47,631 nucleotides of DNA from a virus (Duplodnaviria > Caudoviricetes), in IMG/VR virus record IMGVR_UViG_3300033489_000015, positions 1 through 47,631 of that record; one strand, given 5' to 3'. The position numbers and the translations under genes were made by a program. Below the pieces are notes generated by a model. That model was given only the letters and a program-made list of their open reading frames with translations. It was not told the origin of the DNA and did no database searches. Position 1 is the first letter of the stretch. Each line of letters begins with the position of its first letter. Shown here piece after piece: positions 17,658-25,834 of this stretch.

Positions 17658-18895
17658 TTATCCTTGAATACACCATCAAGAACGCCGGTCGCATCAAGGC
17701 GGTCCACGTCGAGCCCAAAAAGTCGGGCCTGACGATCATCGGCGGCAAGAACAGGATGGGTAAAACCACGAACCTGGACATGCTCGCCTGGGCCTGTGGG
17801 GGGGACAAGTACCGTCCTGCCGAGCCGAACCATAGAGGGGCCGAAACCCCCGCGGAACTGGACGTGAAGTTCGACAACGGAATCCATGTCACCCGCAAGG
17901 GCAAGAATGGGACCCTGACGGTCATGGACGAGACCAAGGGGACCAAGGGCGGGCAGGCCCTACTCGACAAGTTCATCACGTCCTTCGCCCTAGACCTGCG
18001 GGCCTTCCGGCAGGCCAAGCCCAAGGAGAAGTGCGACCTGCTCTTGAAGGGCCTGGGGATAGACAAGCAGCTCGCCGAGGTACAGACCAAGATCGACGCG
18101 GCCTACGACGCCCGCAAGGTGGCCAACGGGATCGCCAAGCAGAAGATGACGATTCAGGCTCATGCCGGCGAGCCCCTGGAGGCCCCCTGCGATGAGCCTA
18201 TCGACATCTCCGGTCTGATGCAGCAGCTCCAGGCGGCGAACAAAGCCAATGAGGAGCGGCAACGGATTGTTTACGCATTCCGAAGCCACGATGCGGACTT
18301 GGCCCGGCTGAATAACCGCATCAAGGAGCTGACAGAGGAACTCCGCAAGGCTAAAGAGGATCTGGCTAAGGCTGAGGCTACTCCGGCAGTTCCGATTCCC
18401 GACGAGATTGACGTTGCCCAACTCCAGGCGGACATCCAGCAGGCCACTGAGATCAATGCCGAATTCGCCCGGGTCCAGCAAGCCAACGAGGCTATCATGC
18501 GGGCCACCAAGGAGGCCATTGAGGCCAACAACGCGACCGAGAAGGCCGACGAGGTCCTGGAGAAGGCCCGCCAAGCCAAGACGGACCTCCTGGCCTCCGC
18601 GAAGATGCCCGACCCCGACATCGGAATCAACGAAGACGGAGAACTGGCCTACAAGGGCGATACCTGGGAGGCCTTGGCCGGCAGCGATGAACTGATCCTC
18701 TGTGCCAAGATCGTGAGCAGGCTCAATCCCGAGTGCCGGTTCATCCTGATCGACGGCCTGGAGCAGATGGACGGGGACACCCTGGCCGGGTTCGACAAGT
18801 GGTCCGAGGACGCGGGCTTTCAGGTGATCGGAACGAGAGTCACGGCCGACCCGGATGAGGCCACGCTGATAATCGAGGATGGTCAAATAGCGTGA
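17654..18895 (+). CDS. SMC/Rad50-like ATPase with a central coiled coil
   Basis: Walker A GGKNRMGKTT, long coiled coil, C-terminal ILIDGLEQMD Walker B. Confidence 0.85.
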   Translation: MIILEYTIKNAGRIKAVHVEPKKSGLTIIGGKNRMGKTTNLDMLAWACGGDKYRPAEPNHRGAETPAELDVKFDNGIHVTRKGKNGTLTVMDETKGTKGGQALLDKFITSFALDLRAFRQAKPKEKCDLLLKGLGIDKQLAEVQTKIDAAYDARKVANGIAKQKMTIQAHAGEPLEAPCDEPIDISGLMQQLQAANKANEERQRIVYAFRSHDADLARLNNRIKELTEELRKAKEDLAKAEATPAVPIPDEIDVAQLQADIQQATEINAEFARVQQANEAIMRATKEAIEANNATEKADEVLEKARQAKTDLLASAKMPDPDIGINEDGELAYKGDTWEALAGSDELILCAKIVSRLNPECRFILIDGLEQMDGDTLAGFDKWSEDAGFQVIGTRVTADPDEATLIIEDGQIA

Positions 18896-19004
18896 TTACA
18901 GGTACTAGCATGTCCTCCTTTTCTGTTGTATGGGTATCGGTTCGGACGGCCCGCCATGGAACGGATTCCGCGGCGGGTCGCCCTGGACCCTCAATGGCAC
19001 GTAC

Positions 19005-19062
19005 ACGCCCCGGCGGTCTCTCGCTTTCCTCTCCCTCTCCCTCCCGCCGGGGCGTCCTTTTT
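19005..19062 (+). terminator. Terminator-like hairpin with a 27-nt pyrimidine-rich loop
   Basis: 12-bp perfect stem ACGCCCCGGCGG/CCGCCGGGGCGT followed by CCTTTTT. Confidence 0.5.
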
Positions 19063-19073
19063 AAGGTGCAGCC

Positions 19074-19397
19074 ATGACGAACGAACACAGCCAGGCCAGT
19101 GAAATCCTCGACCAGCTCAAGGCGGCATATGTCTTGGCAGGCACGGAGATCGATATTCCCTGTCTGGACGCCATGCGAGGGCTCAGGCCCCCGCTGAACA
19201 TAATGGAGATCGACCACGTCTGTGAGATCCTAGCCCAACAGGTCAAGGAATGGCGGGACGGGGGGTCCTTCGGAAAATTCCCAGCCCTGCACAACTGGAT
19301 ACGGGAGCGGCGGTGGGAGGCCAAGAAACCAGCCAGGCCGGTCCAGCTATCAGCAGCAGACCGGGTCAAGCGACTGAAAGAGCAGGGGCATATATGA
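19074..19397 (+). CDS. Hypothetical protein resembling the C-terminal domain of phage replication organisers
   Basis: FPALHNWIRERRWE resembles the P.P.TWLN..RWE motif. Confidence 0.5.
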   Translation: MTNEHSQASEILDQLKAAYVLAGTEIDIPCLDAMRGLRPPLNIMEIDHVCEILAQQVKEWRDGGSFGKFPALHNWIRERRWEAKKPARPVQLSAADRVKRLKEQGHI

Positions 19398-19510
19398 TTG
19401 AATACGACGCGGAAAACCCAGTGTGCCAACAATGTGAGTACGGCGAAGTCTGTTCCCTGGAAAACCACGAGAACGCCGATTATTGCCCACGGAGAGACGC
19501 CACGCAATGA
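19394..19510 (+). CDS. Small Cys-rich protein (38 aa)
   Basis: MIEYDAENPVCQQCEYGEVC...YCPRRDATQ; ATGA overlaps on both sides. Confidence 0.5.
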   Translation: MIEYDAENPVCQQCEYGEVCSLENHENADYCPRRDATQ

Positions 19511-20340
19511 CCGCCCTTGAGGCCCAAGAAATGTTCGATTCTGAGGTTGAGCCCTGGATCAAGCGGGGCAATAGTCCCGTAGCCGATACCATCATGGGAA
19601 GATGGGTAAGCAATCTCATGCTGACCACCCAGGAGACGGCACTCAAGATCCTGCACGACCTCCAGGAGGCCCCTGGGAAGAAACTGGATGTCCGATCCTT
19701 CAGGACGGCCTTGCCGAGGAGGCCCCAGGCCGGGGCCAGGGTCATGGGGACGGACTGTCAGGCCTGGGTGGTATGCTTGGACCCTCCAGAGACCAAACAG
19801 GGCTGGAAGGGGCAACGGTGGCCCGTTTTCACCCCATCCTGCGACCGCGGCAACCAGGAACGGGTGGGTTTGGCGGCTTCTGCGGCAGCCGGGGAGATCC
19901 AGGGTCGGGAAGGTGGCCGGTGGTCCGGCCAGGTCGAACAAGTCCCGGACGAGATCCCGGATGGGATGCTGATGGGCAAGCGGGCAGCAGCAGAGGCCAG
20001 ACGATTGACTTTAGCAGGTCCAGATACGCCAGGTCGGAGGTTCTTGTTGAGCCTCAAGGGGGGCACGGAGGCCCCTGATCTGGTCAAGGCAGCGGTCAAG
20101 GCCCTGCCGGTACCGCCAAAGCCCCCGACGCAAGCCAAGGTCCTGGCAGGTCTATGGGTAGGACAGGCGAAATCCGACGGAAATCCGACGGAAATCCGAA
20201 ATCGGGACGAAATCCGAAACAAATCCGACGACCTGCCCCCTGTCAATGCCGATGAGGCCGACGCCGAGGCGGCCAGACAGGCTCACAGGGAGCCGGTTTA
20301 TGACCCGCCTAGTGCGATTGATGAGGACCTGCGGTTTTAA
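19507..20340 (+). CDS. Hypothetical protein, possibly replication-associated; contains iteron-like repeats
   Basis: Coupled ATGA start; acidic-aromatic C-terminus (IDEDLRF); AAATCCGA repeats. Confidence 0.6.
   Translation: MTALEAQEMFDSEVEPWIKRGNSPVADTIMGRWVSNLMLTTQETALKILHDLQEAPGKKLDVRSFRTALPRRPQAGARVMGTDCQAWVVCLDPPETKQGWKGQRWPVFTPSCDRGNQERVGLAASAAAGEIQGREGGRWSGQVEQVPDEIPDGMLMGKRAAAEARRLTLAGPDTPGRRFLLSLKGGTEAPDLVKAAVKALPVPPKPPTQAKVLAGLWVGQAKSDGNPTEIRNRDEIRNKSDDLPPVNADEADAEAARQAHREPVYDPPSAIDEDLRF
20169..20230 (+). repeat. Five AAATCCGA-core direct repeats (iteron-like)
   Basis: GAAATCCGACG x2, GAAATCCGAA x2, AAATCCGACG. Confidence 0.75.
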
Positions 20341-20458
20341 TCCTGCGCAACGTGGCGGGTCCGTCCCGGCGTTGGACGTGGGGCGGGGGCGCCCATAGGA
20401 CGGCCAGGACCGAGATCGTGCCTTGTAGGACTTTTGTTAAGCTAGATAAGGAGACCAG

Positions 20459-20650
20459 ATGGACCTGAACGACTACCTGAAAGCGGACTGGCGATTGCAG
20501 TTCATGGCCGACAAAGAGTGGGTGTGGGCGCACCTAACCAGAGTGGATAACCATTTGTTTGCGGATATTTTCGTCGGCAACGGCCACGACATGCTCGAGG
20601 CTATGGATAGCCTGTGCGGCAAGCTCAGAGAGGCGGGACGGAAGCCATGA
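20459..20650 (+). CDS. Hypothetical protein
   Basis: TAAGGAG RBS; 63 aa. Confidence 0.65.
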   Translation: MDLNDYLKADWRLQFMADKEWVWAHLTRVDNHLFADIFVGNGHDMLEAMDSLCGKLREAGRKP

Positions 20651-21090
20651 CCATCCACTTCACGGTTTTGGGCAGACTGGCAGGGGCGGGAAGCAAGACC
20701 TTCATGCCACGGGGCGGCAAGGCAGGGGGCAGGCCGATCGCCGTGCCGGCCAGCAAATTCACGAAGCCTTGGATGGACTCAGTTAGGGCGGAAGCGGCCA
20801 TCGCGGCCCGCAACCTGCCCGGCCTGATCCGTGGCCCCGTGGCCGTGATCTATTCGTTCTACTGCCCCAGGCCCCAGGCCCACTACAACAGCAAGGGCGA
20901 GCTGCGCGAATCCGCACCGGGGTATCCGCACCATCGACGGGAACCCGACTGGGACAAGCTCTGCCGTAGCACCAGCGACGCCATGACCGGAATCGTATGG
21001 CAGGACGACAAGCAAGTGATCCGGGCCCAGGTTTCGGTGGAGTACGGTGAGCCCATGAGGGCCGAAATCACAGTGGAAGAGCTGGTTTGA
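20647..21090 (+). CDS. rusA: RusA-family Holliday junction resolvase
   Basis: FTVLG...GSK, PDWDKLCRSTSDAMTGIVWQDDKQV catalytic pattern. Confidence 0.9.
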   Translation: MTIHFTVLGRLAGAGSKTFMPRGGKAGGRPIAVPASKFTKPWMDSVRAEAAIAARNLPGLIRGPVAVIYSFYCPRPQAHYNSKGELRESAPGYPHHRREPDWDKLCRSTSDAMTGIVWQDDKQVIRAQVSVEYGEPMRAEITVEELV

Positions 21091-21100
21091 AAGGAATCCC

Positions 21101-21526
21101 ATGAGAATCACAGCACTATTATCAGTCGTCGTCCTGGCATCCTGCCTGACGTTCGGCGCAGCAGTTCCAGCCTGGGTGGAACCCTCCAAGGTCCAGGGTA
21201 GACTCGTGGCCTCCGTGGACGTCCGGGCCGGCTCTGGTGTCCAGTGCTGGGGCACGACGGCCGATGCTGATGGAGACCCGTTTGGGGCTGCTTTGACATC
21301 TCCTCCGGGCGCGACCCTTGCCGCGGACCCCAACGGGGCCTGGTCGTGGACGTGGTGGCCCACAACGGAGCAGCAGGGCATCCATTACGTCACCCTTCAG
21401 GCAACGGAGCTTCTAGTAGGCCAAGGAGCCGTCCTCAACGATATCGTCACGTTCGCCGTCCGGGTCCTTCCCGCGAATAAGCCGCCCATCATCACGCACG
21501 GCGGATGCAGGATATTGAGCCGCTAG
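21101..21526 (+). CDS. Secreted protein with an Ig/cadherin-like (He_PIG-like) domain
   Basis: Signal peptide MRITALLSVVVLASCLTFGAA; DADGDP...PPGATL...WSWTWWPTTEQQG.HYVTLQAT...NKPP. Confidence 0.6.
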   Translation: MRITALLSVVVLASCLTFGAAVPAWVEPSKVQGRLVASVDVRAGSGVQCWGTTADADGDPFGAALTSPPGATLAADPNGAWSWTWWPTTEQQGIHYVTLQATELLVGQGAVLNDIVTFAVRVLPANKPPIITHGGCRILSR

Positions 21527-21600
21527 CCCAGATGATGAACTTTGCTATCTTTCCTCCTCGGGGGGCCGACTCGCTCCGTAACCGGGCCGGTCCCCCTCCT

Positions 21601-21906
21601 TTATTTCTTGACCCGCCCTTCCATCAGATTCAGCAGGGCCACACCGAGTCCGCCGATCGGTCGTCCACCTTCCCAGTTCTGCAAGGTCTCAGTCTTGATT
21701 CCCATCTTGTGGGCAAGCTCGGACTGGCTCATCTGGTAGGATTCGCGCAGGGCCTTGACTCGCTCCGCGGTCCAGGGTTCGGGCGTCCAGTTCTTGCACC
21801 GGGTCCCGGCCGACTTGTGGTAGGTCACGCCGTTACAGGTCCCGTAGTTCTTCGGCTCCTGGATCTCTTTCCAATGCACGCAGGTTTCACAGCGCTTGGG
21901 GGTCAT
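21601..21906 (-). CDS. Cys-rich N-terminus plus XRE HTH regulator (MqsA-like layout)
   Basis: CETC...C...C followed by VKALRESYQMSQSELAHKMGIKTETLQNWEGGR. Confidence 0.8.
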   Translation of the reverse strand: MTPKRCETCVHWKEIQEPKNYGTCNGVTYHKSAGTRCKNWTPEPWTAERVKALRESYQMSQSELAHKMGIKTETLQNWEGGRPIGGLGVALLNLMEGRVKK

Positions 21907-22508
21907 GCTTTCAATCCTTCAAGTCGATCCTGCAGGGCTTTGTGAAGATGGATAAAGAGCGCAGATGGACTTGAACGAGTACCTGCGGAAGGGTTGGCAA
22001 TGCGGCGGAATGAGTACCCGCAGGCTTGACCAATGGCTTGCACAAAGGAAATTCCCACGGCTCCGTCAATCAGAGGGATGCGGCGTTTGGCGTCAGGTGT
22101 CTTGGAGCTGGCTAGGTAAAATGCCTGATAACGTTCCAGACCTAAAGACTTGCCCTCTGTTTCCAATTCTTCTACGGTCTTGCCCTCGTCCGATTCCCCG
22201 GCGGGGACCTGAACGGGAATGGCCTTGCCTGGATCGTAGTCCGGGTCATGGAAGGACAGATCATAAAACTCCTTGGTCAGTGTCAAGAGGCGAGTTTTGG
22301 CATGGGCCGCGAACCAGTGACCCAAGCAGGTCCCTTCCATGTCGTATCCTCCACCGTTGCAGGCCGACACCTTGCGGCCGTCGATGTAGAGGGTACAGAT
22401 ATTGTACCCATAGGTGTCACGTCCACGGCTGACGCTCCACTTCCATTCCGCGTGTAAGGTTTGACCATCGGGCGTTGTGATAAGATAGATTGTTCGGTCA
22501 CTTCTCAT
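21903..22508 (-). CDS. Early hypothetical protein (GGGYDM.GT motif)
   Basis: GAGGAGG RBS before the ATG at 22508; coupled to its neighbours. Confidence 0.65.
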   Translation of the reverse strand: MRSDRTIYLITTPDGQTLHAEWKWSVSRGRDTYGYNICTLYIDGRKVSACNGGGYDMEGTCLGHWFAAHAKTRLLTLTKEFYDLSFHDPDYDPGKAIPVQVPAGESDEGKTVEELETEGKSLGLERYQAFYLASSKTPDAKRRIPLIDGAVGISFVQAIGQACGYSFRRIANPSAGTRSSPSALFIHLHKALQDRLEGLKA

Positions 22509-22912
22509 GTTCGTGCCTCCTCTTCGGCCAGGGCGGCACGGGCTGCAACTATTGCTTCGCAGTATGAGCAACCCTCTGACCCATCGCCGAAATGGTCTTG
22601 GCTCTTTTCTTCGGCGTGGAATTCTTCCATGCAGGCGGTTGTGTCTTCCAGGGCCTTGACGAGCCGGTCGTGGGAATTGCGGGCGACGATTGCAATGGCT
22701 TTTCCTGTCTGTTCGGCATACCAGGGGTCAAAGGCAAAAGGGATTTCGTACCAAAGGTTGCCCTCGACTTGGTTCAGAAAAGTGGATAGGTTTCCTTTGT
22801 GCTTGTACCGGCTCAAAATTGTCCGGGATTCGGGTGTCACCTTGGCGTAGAGGTCGGATTCGTGGGAATCCAGCGGGACACCGGCGGCTTTCAGTTCTTG
22901 GTAGATGCTCAT
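22505..22912 (-). CDS. Early hypothetical protein (D.HESDLY...WYEIPFA motif)
   Basis: AGGAGGT RBS; 135 aa. Confidence 0.7.
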   Translation of the reverse strand: MSIYQELKAAGVPLDSHESDLYAKVTPESRTILSRYKHKGNLSTFLNQVEGNLWYEIPFAFDPWYAEQTGKAIAIVARNSHDRLVKALEDTTACMEEFHAEEKSQDHFGDGSEGCSYCEAIVAARAALAEEEART

Positions 22913-22916
22913 GGTT

Positions 22917-23105
22917 TCACCTCCTGGGAGTCATTTTGGGGAATTTTATCCTGTCAATCTCAATCGCGCACGCAAGGGCCAGCTTGAAGTCCCCGTCTCT
23001 CGTGGCCATATCCCTTCTGTCTCTCAAGTCCTGTAATGATGTGTCGTCTTCCCCGAACATAATGTTGATGCGGGGTGAGATGCTCTTGGGTAGCGTTTTC
23101 TTCAC
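22917..23105 (-). CDS. Early hypothetical protein
   Basis: 62-aa ORF packed into the leftward operon. Confidence 0.5.
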   Translation of the reverse strand: MKKTLPKSISPRINIMFGEDDTSLQDLRDRRDMATRDGDFKLALACAIEIDRIKFPKMTPRR

Positions 23106-23275
23106 AGTGCCACTTCCTCTCTCGTAATTTTAATACAATTGAATCGCATAGCAATACCAGCGTCTCCAAATGTTTGGCGCACCTTGGCTATCCACTCAAT
23201 GGCTTCGTCGAGAGTCTCAAACTCCTTGGTCTCGCCCGTCTCACATACCTCGATTTCGTATTTTATAGAGGTCAT
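23102..23275 (-). CDS. Early hypothetical protein (57 aa; not in the ORF track)
   Basis: AGGAG RBS; MTSIKYEIEVCETGETKEFETLDEAIEWIAKV...; overlaps both neighbours by 4 nt. Confidence 0.65.
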   Translation of the reverse strand: MTSIKYEIEVCETGETKEFETLDEAIEWIAKVRQTFGDAGIAMRFNCIKITREEVAL

Positions 23276-23475
23276 GGCTTCGTCTCCTGGGCTTCAGCGA
23301 GAAGCCTATCCAGATCCGCTTGGGCTTCTGTGATCGTGTCAAATTCGCGTTGACTCTCTGTGCAATCGTCAACTTTGATCCACCAGTACGCCTTGGGATT
23401 TTTGCCGATTCTCCAGGCTAAGCCGCACTCCTGATAGCCTACAGCCTTGAGCATCGCCAACAGACTGGCTCTCAT
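23272..23475 (-). CDS. Early hypothetical protein
   Basis: GAGGGTG RBS; 67 aa. Confidence 0.6.
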   Translation of the reverse strand: MRASLLAMLKAVGYQECGLAWRIGKNPKAYWWIKVDDCTESQREFDTITEAQADLDRLLAEAQETKP

Positions 23476-23693
23476 TTCACCCTCTGTTGTTTGTGTGTCA
23501 TTGCCTTACCCTTTCCACGTTGGCCCACCGACAAGGCGGGCGGTTATGATTCCAGGCCCCGGCGTCCTCGCAGGGCCTTGCGGGGGTTTGCCCGCATTGT
23601 ATGATACACCTCCTTGCGCCAGGCGCTCTTGGTGATGTTTCTGCAAGGCCCCGTGCCGGAGTCGAACCGGCGAACCGTGCGGGGGCGCTGGGC

Positions 23694-23885
23694 CTATACA
23701 GTCGGAACAATGGGCGGGCCTTTGTGCGGGCCAGAATGGAGACAAATGAACGGAAAAACCGTCGTCATGTTCTGCCGTACCTCGGCAGGGGTGGGGCTTG
23801 GGATTTCGATTTCACACGCGCAGGTCCTGCCCTCGGCGTCGGCAAAAATGGTTCCACATACACTTGCATCGGTTTGTATTGACAT
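23694..23885 (-). CDS. Early hypothetical protein
   Basis: AAGGAG RBS; 63 aa. Confidence 0.5.
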   Translation of the reverse strand: MSIQTDASVCGTIFADAEGRTCACEIEIPSPTPAEVRQNMTTVFPFICLHSGPHKGPPIVPTV

Positions 23886-23953
23886 TGGCTTTTCTCCTTG
23901 TCGTCTGTCCTGGATTCCAGGCCGTACACCCGGCCCGCAATCGCGGACGGTTG

Positions 23954-24028
23954 TTAGAGTAATTGGATGTTGATAATTTCTGTGCGGGGCTCAAAAAATC
24001 GACTATAGATCCAACGGATGATACTCAT
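23954..24028 (-). CDS. 24-aa peptide, first ORF of the leftward operon
   Basis: AGGAG-N7-ATG; MSIIRWIYSRFFEPRTEIINIQLL. Confidence 0.45.
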   Translation of the reverse strand: MSIIRWIYSRFFEPRTEIINIQLL

Positions 24029-24085
24029 GTTGTGTCTCCTAATCCTGTCCTCTGTCTGATCGTGATCCACGCCGGATCATCTGTG

Positions 24086-24114
24086 ATAGTACGTTGCCAA
24101 CATACACTTGTCAA
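24086..24114 (-). promoter_or_regulatory. Strong sigma70 early promoter (leftward)
   Basis: Minus strand TTGACA-N17-TACTAT. Confidence 0.8.
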
Positions 24115-24255
24115 GCAGATTATAGAGGATACCGGATGTCCTGAATTGTATGCTGTGGGCGTACAATGGGTTAGGGCGAGAAAAAAATCTTTGGAAAAAT
24201 GTCTGGACAGCGGAGGATGGAGGATGTTTGATTATGTTGCCCATGCTGATCCTCA

Positions 24256-24615
24256 ATGATACCATCAAGCTCGATCGAGACAACAACAAGAGCCCCGGAC
24301 CTAGAGCCGGGGCTTTACTTCTGCGCCAGCCTGGGGGGCAAAATGCATAGATCGCTCGGAGGCCCGGCCCAGATCACCAGAGATCCGTCCAGACCCACCT
24401 ACGATCCCGCCGAGCACGAGACGCCCACGGATAAGAAAATCATGTACTTGCTCGGCCCAGCAAAAGCGCAACTTACCCCCTGGGAATTGTCGTTTCTCTG
24501 CGGATGTTACAGCGGAGCCCTGCTCACGCGAAAGCAGTGCGCCGTGGTAGACAGACTCTTTCGTGCATACAAACAATCTGTTAGCTCACGTGATCCGGCT
24601 TGTGGCCATAGGTAA
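24256..24615 (+). CDS. Hypothetical protein (LT.WE..F...LT.KQ motif)
   Basis: 119-aa ORF divergent from the early operon; start uncertain. Confidence 0.5.
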   Translation: MIPSSSIETTTRAPDLEPGLYFCASLGGKMHRSLGGPAQITRDPSRPTYDPAEHETPTDKKIMYLLGPAKAQLTPWELSFLCGCYSGALLTRKQCAVVDRLFRAYKQSVSSRDPACGHR

Positions 24616-25024
24616 GGCCGGACCGTCGGGCAAGGATGCTCGCGATAACCCCGTGGGCCACGGTGTCCCCAAACAATGGACATATCCAGAGGGTTGCGGG
24701 TCGGGTGCAGCAATCCGATCTAATCCCGGACTCCCAGAAGGATTACCCGGGTAGGCCAAGGGGCCGGCAACCATAACCCTTGGCAGGCATGAGCGTATTA
24801 ACTAAGTCCTTAATGCGGTTGTACTTATCGCTCAATTGCCTCAAACCGCATAGGGGTTGCCTTGCGCCCTTCCACGCAAGATAAAACTGATCCTAAAACC
24901 ACTACCTGTAGTGTATACCCAAGACACCATGGATAAATCACGCCCTATTCCTAGGGAATTACTAGGGATTAACCGGGGGATAAAGGGGCCGGTGCGACCA
25001 CGTCGGCTTATACTAGGATAAGAA

Positions 25025-25705
25025 ATGATTAAGCAGGGCGGGAAAGTATACCACGACCCTATCCTCCTCCGCAATGCCTCTCCAACCATGCTCAAGCGTG
25101 TTGTATGTGCTTGGTGGTTAATCACTTACAATCCCAATCAGCGTCCGGACGTGGACCATAAGATCTGCTGTATAGTAGAGGGTGATGAGGCGGTGGCTGC
25201 CTGTGAGTGCATCTGCCGGGAGCAGTACGTAATAGTCTGGGGCGAGCTCAATACGGGTGGCGGCCGCATCGTGCGTCATGCTGCGATGATGGCAGGCGGC
25301 AGGCGTGGCGAGTGTACGGCCTGGATCAGGGTATCATCTGTAAGGATTGTAACTGAGGCTGAGTTATGGGGATACGTGGATGCAGTCAACATCAGCACGA
25401 GGGCAGAGATAGCACAGGGCATGATCTTACCACAGGTAGTAGGTCAGGCACAGGGAGGCACTATAGATGGTGCTGGTCAGTCCGGGCAGCCTCCCAACTA
25501 CACCCAACAGCAGACCTTGGACATCCTTGGACATGCGGTGGACAACCTTGGACATGATTGGACATCCTTGGACATGGCGGGGCGGGCCCAACACAAACAG
25601 GGGGGGCGGGTAGGGGTGGACGGGGGGAAGGAGAGTATTGAACCTGACAATACAGAGTGTTCTTCTGGGGCAGGCGACCCAAGTTCTCAGATTCCCCTCT
25701 TTTAA
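25025..25705 (+). CDS. Hypothetical protein, possibly a divergent SSB-like OB fold
   Basis: ICCIVEGDEA...YVIVWGELNT...WIRVSSVRI resembles SSB strands; disordered tail ends SSQIPLF (compare DDIPF). Confidence 0.4.
   Translation: MIKQGGKVYHDPILLRNASPTMLKRVVCAWWLITYNPNQRPDVDHKICCIVEGDEAVAACECICREQYVIVWGELNTGGGRIVRHAAMMAGGRRGECTAWIRVSSVRIVTEAELWGYVDAVNISTRAEIAQGMILPQVVGQAQGGTIDGAGQSGQPPNYTQQQTLDILGHAVDNLGHDWTSLDMAGRAQHKQGGRVGVDGGKESIEPDNTECSSGAGDPSSQIPLF
25515..25575 (+). repeat. Six ~10-bp tandem units with a TGGACA core (consensus CCTTGGACAT)
   Basis: Visible in the sequence. Confidence 0.8.
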
Positions 25706-25834
25706 CAGGGTACAGGTATGAATCCGAATAGATGGCATGAGCGAGCTCGTAAGACCAATTGTCAGAGGTGTAATAAATTACTTGAACCGACTCTCTGAGA
25801 TGAGGAGTGAGTTTCTGGATAACAGGAGGTTAAG

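Noticed and set aside
18840-18911. Antisense 23-aa peptide behind AAGGAGG (type I toxin-like)
   Set aside because: SD-to-ATG spacing is only 2 nt and the peptide is not a convincing TM helix.
23648-23686. Functional tRNA gene
   Set aside because: Only a T-arm and acceptor-like stem are present; no D or anticodon arm. Kept as a tRNA-like element finding.
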